A DNA stretch of 40,000 nt from Nannocystaceae bacterium. Lineage in GTDB: Bacteria; Myxococcota_A; Polyangia; Nannocystales; Nannocystaceae. A program made the position numbers and the translations under genes. The stretch lies in contig JAZGFE010000196.1 of the NCBI GenBank assembly GCA_036479215.1, positions 49,538 to 89,537 on the forward strand, given 5' to 3'. The notes under the pieces were generated by a model that worked only from the letters and a program-made list of their open reading frames with translations, had not been told where the DNA came from and did not search any database. Within the stretch, counting starts at the first letter, position 1; every line of letters starts with the position of its first letter. Shown here in pieces: positions 15,000 to 22,942 of this stretch.

Positions 15000-15752
15000 T
15001 CATCGCGGGTGCAAGGACAAGTGCGGACGCGCGTCGCGTCCACGCACCGGATTTCGACGTGCACCGTCGAGCCAGGTGATGGCCGCCCAGATTGCATCCT
15101 GAACCGACCGACCGCGCCAGAGACCACAAGCGACAGCTGTGGATAGCGCGCAACCCGTCCCCCGCGGGTCAGGCCCAGCCACGCGCTCCCGCTCAAACTT
15201 CCACTGGCGTCCAGCGTGCCAAAGCTCATCACATACGACCCTCGTCGTCGACGCCCCAGCATCTTTTAGCAACGTGCTGGCCGGCGCGAGCCACTGCGCC
15301 AAGTCCCGCCCCAAGTCCGGGTCGTATCGATGTCGACCCAGCATGAGCGCCGCTTCCACCCGGTTGGGTGTGAACAGAACATTCGCGCGCCGCATCGCAC
15401 GAAACGAATCGGGTCGGGCCCCCAACCAACCTCCGTCCGTCGCCCGCAGCACGGGATCGACAACGACCGGGACATGGACCGCGCGAAGTCGTTGTGCCAC
15501 CTGGTCAGCGATACGAGCCGGCAAGAGCCCGAGTTTGATCGCTTTCGCATCGGATACGTCCGCGAGCGTACGCGTCAGCACCGTGTTCGAGACCGGCTCG
15601 GCGCGGGCTTGTCGGGATTCTCCCTGCCACGTAAATGCCGTCACCACGCAGCGAAGATCGCAGCCTTCGCCCACGGTTTCGGCGGTCCACACGTCACGGA
15701 TCAAGCCGGCGCCGCCGGTGGGATCGAGTCCCGCGAGCAGCCACAAGGTCAC
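15000..15752 (-). CDS. thiD: Hydroxymethylpyrimidine / phosphomethylpyrimidine kinase
   Basis: 250 aa. LLAGLDPTGGAGLIRD (the ThiD AG.D..GGAG motif) and the C-terminal GTGCALSTAV anion-hole motif. The GTG start overlaps the upstream stop as GTGA. Confidence 0.85.
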   Translation of the reverse strand: MTLWLLAGLDPTGGAGLIRDVWTAETVGEGCDLRCVVTAFTWQGESRQARAEPVSNTVLTRTLADVSDAKAIKLGLLPARIADQVAQRLRAVHVPVVVDPVLRATDGGWLGARPDSFRAMRRANVLFTPNRVEAALMLGRHRYDPDLGRDLAQWLAPASTLLKDAGASTTRVVCDELWHAGRQWKFERERVAGPDPRGTGCALSTAVACGLWRGRSVQDAIWAAITWLDGARRNPVRGRDARPHLSLHPR

Positions 15753-18058
15753 GGCGCCGTCGCAACTTCGACGCGTTCGATGCGATCACCCACAAGCAAG
15801 GAATCGACGACATCCATGCCATCGTCGACAAACCCCACCACGGTATAGCGGCCATCAAGATGCGGCTGCGCCGTGTGAGCGATGAAGAACTGCGAACCTG
15901 CAGTATCTTTGCCCGCGTGGGCCATGCCCACCGTCCCGCGAACATACTTCAGGTTGGACCACTCACATGGCACCAGATATCCCGGACCTCCGTAGCCGTC
16001 ACCGCGTGGATCTCCGCCCTGCGTCACAAATCCCGGAACGACACGGTGCCAGGGGGTGCCAGCGAAGGCGCCCCCTGTCGCCAGACGCACGAGATTCGCC
16101 TGATTGATTGGCGCCTGCGCTCCGGCGAATGAAATCGAGAAGCTTCCGGCCGTTGTATGCACCTTCAGGCCACGCGCGTTCGAGGCCAACACCTCCGACA
16201 CATCGACCGCCGGGAACGCGGCGGCGGGTCTTTGTTGCGCTCGCAAGTCGAACCTCGTGGTAGCCGGTGCATCGAACAGCAACGCCCGACGAGCAGCGAC
16301 TCGTACGGCATGCACCGGATCCACTGCCAGCCCCCCGAGTAGCTCCACGACGTGCTCCGCCTCCACCCCCACATTCCTAGGCATGCCACCGTCCACCCCC
16401 GAAGGCGTGATCAGATCGGCCAACGCGTCGACCACCGCGACTTTCGCCTCCACCGACCCCGGATCGACGAGACGCGGAATCAAACGAACGAGCACCTCTG
16501 CCGCGTTTTCGTCCCGCTTAGCAGCGTCTTTGGAACGCGCGGCAACGGCCCCCGCGGCGGCCGCGATCCTCCCCACATCCACGCCCTCCAACGCCGCGCG
16601 CAATGTCGGATTGGCCCGCGCGTCATCCACCTCGGCCAAGGTGGCGAGCGCGAAAGCAGCGACAGCCGGCCGAGCATCGGCCGCCAGGGCGAGCAGGGTG
16701 TCCAGGCCACGTTTGCCTTTCGTCGCGCGACCGATCGCAAGAGATGCATCGACCACAAGCTTGGCGACGTGCAACGCCGACACCTCCGGGTCCGTGGCAC
16801 AAGACTCCAGCATCTGGGGCGTGCGTTCCTCGAAGGCGCGTCGAAACAGGAGTTCACACCGCGCCCACGCCAAGGCTCGCCGGCGTCGCCCTTTGGCCAG
16901 CGGCCATGCCGAGGCAACGGCCGCCATCAGGGTGTCGAGACGGCCGCTTGTATCGGCACGCAGCCCACGAAGCGCCACAAGCAATACGTGGGCCCGCGGA
17001 CCATCAAGTCCCGAGAGGCCGAATGTTTCGAGGCGACGATAAAGCTCGGCCCGGCCCTCCTCATCTCCAGCCATGGCCCGCACGGCCTCGACCTCGACCC
17101 GCCATGGAGGTGGGACGGGCCCGAGAATGCCGCTGGGTATGGTCATCGGAAGATCGCCCAACTTTGCCAGCGCTTTCCAGGCTGTTCGCACTTCGTCCGG
17201 CTCCGGACCCGACAGCAGTCCAACCACGCGATCCCGCACGCGGCTGTGCACCGCCTCTTCGGCGAACAGCTCGCCCGAAGTCGCGAGACATCGGGTCAAC
17301 GCGTAGGCCGCAGCGGAACGCACGATGCCATGCACCGACCGTAGGCCCGACTCGATCACGACGCCACCACCGTCCGGTAAACTAAAACCACGGGCACACA
17401 GCAGCGCTATCGCTCGCAACGCCGAAGCCGCGCGCTGGGGCGTGTGCGCGATCGGGAGCGGATCGAGATCGACGGTCAGCCACATCATGGAGCGCATGCC
17501 CCCCACGCGTGCCAGAGCGAATACTAGGCTCTCCGCCGTTTGAATGTCTTCGGTCACGGCATACCTGCCCCACAAACTGCGCTCCATCACCGCCCATGGG
17601 CCACGGGGTTCAGGAGGTGCGTTCCGAGTCGTCTGCGTCGGTTCCAACAATGCGGTGGCGACAACCACCTCCTCCCAGTTTTCACCATCGAGGGTGGCCG
17701 TCAGACGTCGTGCGGCCGCGGGCCCGCCAATCCGACCCACGGACACGGCCTCGTGCTTCCCCATCCGCCCCCCGGTCACAACCGGCTCCAAGGCATCGAG
17801 ATCTCTGCGCACCTCCGCCAACAGACGTGCTTCGTACCGAGGTCCCAAGTCCCCCATCGCCCGTCCCCACGCCGCACGCGTCGCCCCATTTAGGCGGGGG
17901 GACTCCGGTGATCTCGGGGTTTCCGGGATCGGGTGAGCCGATGGGTCATCTCCCGCACAGCCGAGGCTTGCCAAACCGATCCACAGTGCCAGCCGGCGAA
18001 AGCCAATCACGCGCCCGAAACTAGCGCGCCTCGCCAGGAGAAGTACACTCTGTGTCAT
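15749..18058 (-). CDS. Lipoprotein with an N-terminal HEAT/ARM-like helical repeat region and a C-terminal cyclophilin-type peptidyl-prolyl isomerase
   Basis: C-terminus: WHRVVPGFVTQGGDPRGDGYGGPGY..GTVGMAHAGKDTAGSQFFI..LDGRYTVVGFV, a cyclophilin signature. The N-terminus MTQSVLLLARRASFGRVIGFRRLALWIGLASLGC|AG looks like a signal peptide with Cys. I trimmed the listed start from 18136; that extension is antisense to a real gene. GTG 18010 is an alternative start. Confidence 0.9.
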   Translation of the reverse strand: MTQSVLLLARRASFGRVIGFRRLALWIGLASLGCAGDDPSAHPIPETPRSPESPRLNGATRAAWGRAMGDLGPRYEARLLAEVRRDLDALEPVVTGGRMGKHEAVSVGRIGGPAAARRLTATLDGENWEEVVVATALLEPTQTTRNAPPEPRGPWAVMERSLWGRYAVTEDIQTAESLVFALARVGGMRSMMWLTVDLDPLPIAHTPQRAASALRAIALLCARGFSLPDGGGVVIESGLRSVHGIVRSAAAYALTRCLATSGELFAEEAVHSRVRDRVVGLLSGPEPDEVRTAWKALAKLGDLPMTIPSGILGPVPPPWRVEVEAVRAMAGDEEGRAELYRRLETFGLSGLDGPRAHVLLVALRGLRADTSGRLDTLMAAVASAWPLAKGRRRRALAWARCELLFRRAFEERTPQMLESCATDPEVSALHVAKLVVDASLAIGRATKGKRGLDTLLALAADARPAVAAFALATLAEVDDARANPTLRAALEGVDVGRIAAAAGAVAARSKDAAKRDENAAEVLVRLIPRLVDPGSVEAKVAVVDALADLITPSGVDGGMPRNVGVEAEHVVELLGGLAVDPVHAVRVAARRALLFDAPATTRFDLRAQQRPAAAFPAVDVSEVLASNARGLKVHTTAGSFSISFAGAQAPINQANLVRLATGGAFAGTPWHRVVPGFVTQGGDPRGDGYGGPGYLVPCEWSNLKYVRGTVGMAHAGKDTAGSQFFIAHTAQPHLDGRYTVVGFVDDGMDVVDSLLVGDRIERVEVATAP

Positions 18059-18266
18059 GTCGACATTTTCGGGCACCCTGCGCCACAATGACCTCGAGGG
18101 CGGTTTCCTCGAACTTGTCACCGACGACGGCGACACCTACCGGCTCGAGGGGGCCAAGGGCGAACCCGGAACGCGAGTGCGCGTGACCGGCAGCGTCGAA
18201 ACCGGCGGCTTTGGCCTCCACATGTCCGGCCCGTCTATTCAAGTGAACAAGCTCGAATCTCTGTGA
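18057..18266 (+). CDS. Small conserved protein (about 70 aa, DUF5818-like)
   Basis: 69-aa ORF with GC-rich third positions. The pattern GTLRHNDLEGGFLELVTDDGDTYRLEG....G.RV.V.G.V......M.GP.I.V matches a small protein family I recall being annotated as a DUF. The family name is from memory and unverified. Confidence 0.6.
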   Translation: MSTFSGTLRHNDLEGGFLELVTDDGDTYRLEGAKGEPGTRVRVTGSVETGGFGLHMSGPSIQVNKLESL

Positions 18267-18364
18267 CGACGGTTGCACGCCACATCGTGCCTCGAACCGG
18301 CGCGGCGCCAACGGCGCCGCTGAGCGCTCTGCCCCCCGGGGTCGACCGCTGGTGCGTCGACTGC

Positions 18365-18451
18365 TGGTGCGAGGAAAGGGACTTGAACCCCCACGGCTTT
18401 ACAGCCACACGGACCTGAACCGTGCGCGTCTACCAGTTCCGCCACCCTCGC
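18365..18451 (-). tRNA. tRNA-Leu (anticodon CAG)
   Basis: Folded by hand. Acceptor GCGAGGG/TCCTCGC. Anticodon arm CACGG-TTCAGGT-CCGTG. Long variable arm TGGCTGTAAAGCCGT. T loop TTCAAGT. Discriminator A with CCA encoded. ORF 18239..18445 is its translation shadow. Confidence 0.9.
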
Positions 18452-18465
18452 GCGATAGCGGGCGA

Positions 18466-18494
18466 AAGCTAGTCTCGCTCCGACGAAACGTCAA
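18466..18494 (-). promoter_or_regulatory. Candidate sigma70-type promoter for tRNA-Leu(CAG)
   Basis: Minus strand: TTGACG (18494-18489), a 17-nt spacer, then TAGCTT (18471-18466). The -10 element ends 14 nt before the mature tRNA 5' end. Confidence 0.4.
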
Positions 18495-18902
18495 GCACCG
18501 CTGGCCTGTGGTCGTGCGCCACTCGCACAGCCAGCGCAGTTTGCTCGCTGCCCACGCATCGGTTCACAGCCAGATTCAGTGCTCGCTGCTCGGCCTTCTC
18601 AAGCCCGGCGAGCGCCACCTCGCCCTCATATCCGCGGACCCGAGCTTCCAATCGCGCGTGGCCGAGCCGGCCGAGCGAACGCGCGTCCTGCCGTGGGCCA
18701 GTCGCACAAATCACACGATTCCCGAGCTCCCCCACCCCCTCCGGGCGACGCCTCCGCCGGATCACGAAGCCATCACCCCGCGCCACTGCATCTGGGCCAA
18801 CACACGCACACGTTCGAAAGCAGCGCTCGACTCGTCTTCGAGTCGCCCATGCTCCAGGCCCGCGGGAGAGCGAGCGGGCGCGTCCCCACGAGAAACCTCG
18901 TG

Positions 18903-18943
18903 AGCCCCTCGTTCCCCTCGTAAGCCCCTCGTTCCCCCTCGCC
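18903..18943. repeat. Tandem duplication of about 20 bp (AGCCCCTCGTTCCCCTCG..) x2
   Basis: Units at 18903-18922 and 18923-18943, identical over 18 nt except for one extra C. It sits in a stretch with no confident gene. Confidence 0.85.
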
Positions 18944-19005
18944 CGGCAGCGCGCCGCCAGCTCCGTACCGCCCCGGATTCGGAGTTCGGCCCGGTGCCCC
19001 TATAC

Positions 19006-19021
19006 TGGCACCGTCTGGGCT
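19006..19021 (+). promoter_or_regulatory. Candidate sigma54 (-24/-12) promoter
   Basis: TGGCAC-cgtct-GGGCT. The -24 hexamer is perfect, and the GG-to-GC spacing equals the consensus TGGCAC-N5-TTGCW. It lies 45 nt upstream of ATG 19066. Confidence 0.3.
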
Positions 19022-19065
19022 CCAGAGTATGCTCCCGCTGAGCGAGCCACATCGCCAGCTCCGCG

Positions 19066-19473
19066 ATGGTCAAAACCGTACACTACAAGCGTCCGCGCAA
19101 GATCAATCCCGTCACCGTATCCCTTGCCCTCGCCGTCAGCCTGAGCGGATACATGGCGTACCAATACTTGCCGATGTTGCTGCGCAAGAACGAAGCGGCC
19201 AGAATCATCGACGAGACCTCATCCAAGTTTGCAGGCAGGAAGTCCCGTTTCCTGGCTTCTGCGCAGCGTATCGAGCAGCTTCGTAAGACGATGCATGCCG
19301 ATCTCGTCCGCGTCGGCATCTCCGATCCAGACATGGAGACATGGATCGAAGTCGACAGTATCCACGCCATACGTTTTGGCGTGGCATACGCAGAGACGAT
19401 CAGGTGGCCGCACGACTGGATCGAGCCCCAGCTGCGAGTCTTCGAGGTGGAACGGGACCTTGAACTGCGCTAA
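19066..19473 (+). CDS. Hypothetical single-pass membrane-anchored protein
   Basis: 135-aa ORF. N-terminal basic stretch followed by a TM helix (KINPVTVSLALAVSLSGYMAYQYLPML). Clean ATG start. Slightly lower GC than its neighbours. Confidence 0.65.
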   Translation: MVKTVHYKRPRKINPVTVSLALAVSLSGYMAYQYLPMLLRKNEAARIIDETSSKFAGRKSRFLASAQRIEQLRKTMHADLVRVGISDPDMETWIEVDSIHAIRFGVAYAETIRWPHDWIEPQLRVFEVERDLELR

Positions 19474-19585
19474 CTACGCCCGCCCGTACCATCGGGTCAG
19501 CCGTGGCGCGCCAACTCGCTCACCGACAAGGCGTCGTGTGCGCCTTCGACTACAGGTCTAGGCAGGCCCACACGATGAACCAGGC

Positions 19586-20338
19586 ATGCCTTGGCTGTTC
19601 AGCGTCCTGCTCGCCGCCACCGCCCGGGCCCCGACCGTACCCGCGACAGTAGCCGTCCTGCACGAACCCGCGGTGTCCATCTATCGGGAGGTCGCTCGCG
19701 AGATCCGCCGCACGCTCACCCGGCGCGTGATTTTCGTGGCCCCCGGTCAACGATGGGAGCTGCCCTACCCACCGCAGGCCGTGATCGCTCTGGGCGACAA
19801 CGCGGACGCGGACGCAGCGGGGCGCTGGCCCGATCGAGCACGCGCCTCATTGCTGATGTGGCGCCCCGCAATCCCGACACGCGCTTCATCGCTGTTTGTC
19901 TCGGCCAGGGTCGAACCAGCGTGCACATCTAGGCGCTTGGCTGAAGTCCCCGGCTCGGCGCCATGGCTGATCCTAGCTTCAGCATCCGACACCGTCGCTG
20001 CACGACTCGCCCAGTCTCTGGACGCACAACTGATCCAAGGCGATGCCGCTGAGATCCAGCGCAGGCTTCGACAAATCTCGTTTGAACCAGGAGCGCGAAT
20101 ATGGCTGCGAAACGATCCCGACCTCGCCGTCGCAATCTGGCTACAGTACCTGGGCCATATGAATAGATTCCCCGCGATTACAGTGGGCAGCGACGGGCGG
20201 GGTTTGTCGCGCTTCGGCATCCAGTCATGGGTGCAGCCGAACCTCTCCCAACTACAAGAGGACGCCGTCGATTGGGTCAAGCGTGCCACGCGAAGTCGAC
20301 GCGTGCGACGACAAACAAAGCCGCTTCGTTGCCGATGA
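19586..20338 (+). CDS. Secreted periplasmic protein, putative accessory/sensor partner of the downstream histidine kinase
   Basis: 250 aa. Signal peptide MPWLFSVLLAATARA|P. The stop overlaps the kinase start as ATGA (20335-20338). Confidence 0.7.
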   Translation: MPWLFSVLLAATARAPTVPATVAVLHEPAVSIYREVAREIRRTLTRRVIFVAPGQRWELPYPPQAVIALGDNADADAAGRWPDRARASLLMWRPAIPTRASSLFVSARVEPACTSRRLAEVPGSAPWLILASASDTVAARLAQSLDAQLIQGDAAEIQRRLRQISFEPGARIWLRNDPDLAVAIWLQYLGHMNRFPAITVGSDGRGLSRFGIQSWVQPNLSQLQEDAVDWVKRATRSRRVRRQTKPLRCR

Positions 20339-22416
20339 CTGGACCCGCCGACAACTTCCGAGCTCCGATCCAGTTCACGTTTTTGTGGATCGTCAGCGCT
20401 GTGGTCTCGCTATTCCTCGTCACTGGCTCTCAACAGTATTCGGACACCATTGAGAGGCGACGCGATCAGGCGCTGGCGCAACAAGCCCACGCCGACGCGA
20501 TGGCGCGCCGAGCGTCACGATCTCTGCGTCTGGCCTTCGCGCTACGTGATGCGACGATGGCGACAGAAGTCGGATCGAGTCTTATTCAAGCGGAAGGCCA
20601 GATCGTCGGCCTGGGCATGACCTTCGCCCAGGGCGAGACAATACGCATGGATGAGCATCCAGACGCAGCGACGATAGGGCGTGCCCGCGTCGAGCACTTC
20701 ACGACCCGCGCGGACCAGCTGCTGTTGGGCGATTGGCCACTGCAAGCCATCCGAGGGACTGGAGAGTATCTCGGTCAGATCGAAGTGATTACCGTCGACC
20801 CCGCACTGGTGTCCGCCACGACCGCCGGCAGGGGTCGCTCCCGCTTCCTCTTCTGGGGCGTATTCGCCACCTCGATCGTGCTCATCATCGCCAGCAGCCT
20901 CTTCCTCCGGAGGCGACTCATGCGACTGGCCCAGGTCGCCGCCCGTGTAGCGAGCGGACAGTTTGAGGGTGCAGGTGCCATCCGAGGCGCCGACGAATTC
21001 GCCTGGATCGGCCATCAGCTGCGCGACATCGAAACGTTCACGCGTGAACAGGTTGATCGTGTGCACGATCGCAATGCCGACCTGCTACGCGATGTCGCCG
21101 TTCAAGACGAGCGAATCAAGCGAATGGCCCGCTTCACCACCACACTGATCACGCCCATCGACAGTCAAGGCACCCTCGAACCTGTGCTCCAAGGGCTGGT
21201 GGACGAGGCCGGCGCTGAACTGGGCCTCCTCCTCGGACTCGACTCGGAGCACGGGTGGAAGAGTTTGGCAGCCACCGGGCTCGGAGCCGCGCCATCCGAT
21301 CTCGACGCGTCTCGCATAGCGAACGCCATCGGTGCCGGCTCCGAACCGGCAGGTGGCTTGACGGTTCTGCCCACAATCGGTCCCGAGCACCCCTGGATGG
21401 GGCTCACCTCGCGCCGCATCCCCCTCGCGGGCGTCGTCGCGGTACCCCTCATGTTCGGCCGTCGTACGCAAGGAGTTGTCGTATTGGCGGCGCATGAGGT
21501 GTTCGGCACCGAGGACCTCGGCTTCGTCCGGGACGCAGCCGTCGCATTGGCGATCGCATTGGCGAATCGACACGCATACGCCGAAACCGTCGCATTGGCC
21601 GGCGTCTTGGAGTTGCGCAACGAAGAACTCCTCAAGCAACGTGATGAGCTGCGCGTGGTCGACCGCCTACGGCAGGAGTTCGTCGCCAACATGTCGCATG
21701 AGCTACGCACGCCCCTCAACGCCATCACCTGTTACAGTGAGCTACTGGCGGATGGAATGTACGGTGAGGTCAACCGAGAGCAACGCAACGCCTGCGAAGG
21801 CATTGAGCAAGCGAGTGCGCATTTGCTCGAACTCGTCAATCAGGTACTCGATCTGAGCCGTGTCGACTCGGGACACCTCCACCTCACTGCAGCGACCTGC
21901 GATTTGCGCAGCATTCTCGACGAGACTTTGCTCGTAGCCAAGGCCGTTTGCCGCGACCGACCGTATACGCCCACCGCGTTTGGCCCCCAGCACGAGATCG
22001 TCACGGATCCCCGACGCGTGTACCAAATTGTTACCAACCTGCTCAACAACGCCATCAAGTTCACCGAACGCGGTTCGGTATCGGTCGAGCTGCGGCCGCT
22101 ACCCGACGGTGGAGCCCGAATTGACGTCAAGGATACCGGGATCGGGATCGATGAGATGCACGTGGATCTCATTTTCGAAGAGTTTCGGCAGGTCGACGGT
22201 AGCTCGACCCGCGCCCACGATGGAGTGGGCTTGGGCCTCGCCATCAGTCGTCGGCTCGCCCACGCCCTAGGAGGAGATCTCCAGGTACGAAGCCAAGCAG
22301 GTCAGGGCAGCACTTTTTCCCTCAGCCTGCCGGCTCGAATCCCTACCGAAACACAAGTCAACCCGTCGCACCCCACCGGCAACCACGCCCCGAGGCCCCT
22401 CTCCATCGCCTCATGA
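20335..22416 (+). CDS. Sensor histidine kinase (2 TM, HAMP-like linker, GAF-like region, HisKA, HATPase_c)
   Basis: H-box FVANMSHELRTPLNAI. N-box NLLNNAIKFT. G1 DTGIGI. G2 GVGLGLAISRRLA. TM helices FTFLWIVSAVVSLFLV and FLFWGVFATSIVLIIASSLFL. I trimmed the start from 20227 to ATG 20335. Confidence 0.9.
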   Translation: MTGPADNFRAPIQFTFLWIVSAVVSLFLVTGSQQYSDTIERRRDQALAQQAHADAMARRASRSLRLAFALRDATMATEVGSSLIQAEGQIVGLGMTFAQGETIRMDEHPDAATIGRARVEHFTTRADQLLLGDWPLQAIRGTGEYLGQIEVITVDPALVSATTAGRGRSRFLFWGVFATSIVLIIASSLFLRRRLMRLAQVAARVASGQFEGAGAIRGADEFAWIGHQLRDIETFTREQVDRVHDRNADLLRDVAVQDERIKRMARFTTTLITPIDSQGTLEPVLQGLVDEAGAELGLLLGLDSEHGWKSLAATGLGAAPSDLDASRIANAIGAGSEPAGGLTVLPTIGPEHPWMGLTSRRIPLAGVVAVPLMFGRRTQGVVVLAAHEVFGTEDLGFVRDAAVALAIALANRHAYAETVALAGVLELRNEELLKQRDELRVVDRLRQEFVANMSHELRTPLNAITCYSELLADGMYGEVNREQRNACEGIEQASAHLLELVNQVLDLSRVDSGHLHLTAATCDLRSILDETLLVAKAVCRDRPYTPTAFGPQHEIVTDPRRVYQIVTNLLNNAIKFTERGSVSVELRPLPDGGARIDVKDTGIGIDEMHVDLIFEEFRQVDGSSTRAHDGVGLGLAISRRLAHALGGDLQVRSQAGQGSTFSLSLPARIPTETQVNPSHPTGNHAPRPLSIAS

Positions 22417-22422
22417 GACCAT

Positions 22423-22806
22423 ATGGCAACAATTCTACTTGTCGAAGACAATCGTCACAATCAGGAGCTCTTCAGCGCCGCGTTGCGTCACTACGGCCAC
22501 ACCGTGTGCGTGGCCAGCAACGGGGAGGACGGATTGGCCATGATGAAGACCAATCGGCCCGAACTGGTGATCTTGGATCTTTCATTGCCCAGAATCGACG
22601 GGTGGACCGTCGCTCGCACGGTACGCAACGACCCTGATCCCGGCATCGCACGACTCAAGATTCTTGCGCTCACCGCCCACGCGATGAAAGGCGACCGGGA
22701 GCGCGCACTCGCTGCAGGCTGCGACGACTACCTCGCAAAACCCGTCTCGCCGCGAGAACTGTCCCGTCGTGTAACGAAACTGATAGCGGAAGCTGCGGCA
22801 GCCTGA
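22423..22806 (+). CDS. Single-domain response regulator (CheY-like receiver)
   Basis: 127 aa. ILLVEDN..., phospho-acceptor context LVILDLSLP, LTAHAMKGD, and YLAKP. Starts 7 nt after the kinase stop. Confidence 0.9.
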   Translation: MATILLVEDNRHNQELFSAALRHYGHTVCVASNGEDGLAMMKTNRPELVILDLSLPRIDGWTVARTVRNDPDPGIARLKILALTAHAMKGDRERALAAGCDDYLAKPVSPRELSRRVTKLIAEAAAA

Positions 22807-22942
22807 TGTCCGGGAAACGAGAGCCGAGCAGGGCGCGTGCTCCCACGCACCTGCTGTTGCCTCGCCACCGCATGCTCCCACCCCCGCTGGGCCCGACCGA
22901 ACGGACGTCTGTTGCCCACAGCCCCGACCTCCCATACGATCC

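Noticed and set aside
16104-17385. Plus-strand ORFs of 260-330 aa (16104..17042, 16352..17344, 16603..17385) opposite the HEAT-cyclophilin gene.
   Set aside because: They are Arg/Ser/Ala/Pro-rich low-complexity translations. They overlap one another in different frames and are antisense to a gene with a clear cyclophilin signature.
18059-18136. Upstream extension of the cyclophilin lipoprotein ORF to 18136 (MSPSSVTSSRKPPSRSLWRRVPENVD).
   Set aside because: It is antisense to the well-formed 69-aa gene at 18057-18266, has no signal-peptide character, and a proper signal peptide starts at 18058.
18239-18445. 68-aa ORF MAELVDAHGSGPCGCKAVGVQVPFLAPA...
   Set aside because: It is the reverse-strand translation of tRNA-Leu(CAG).
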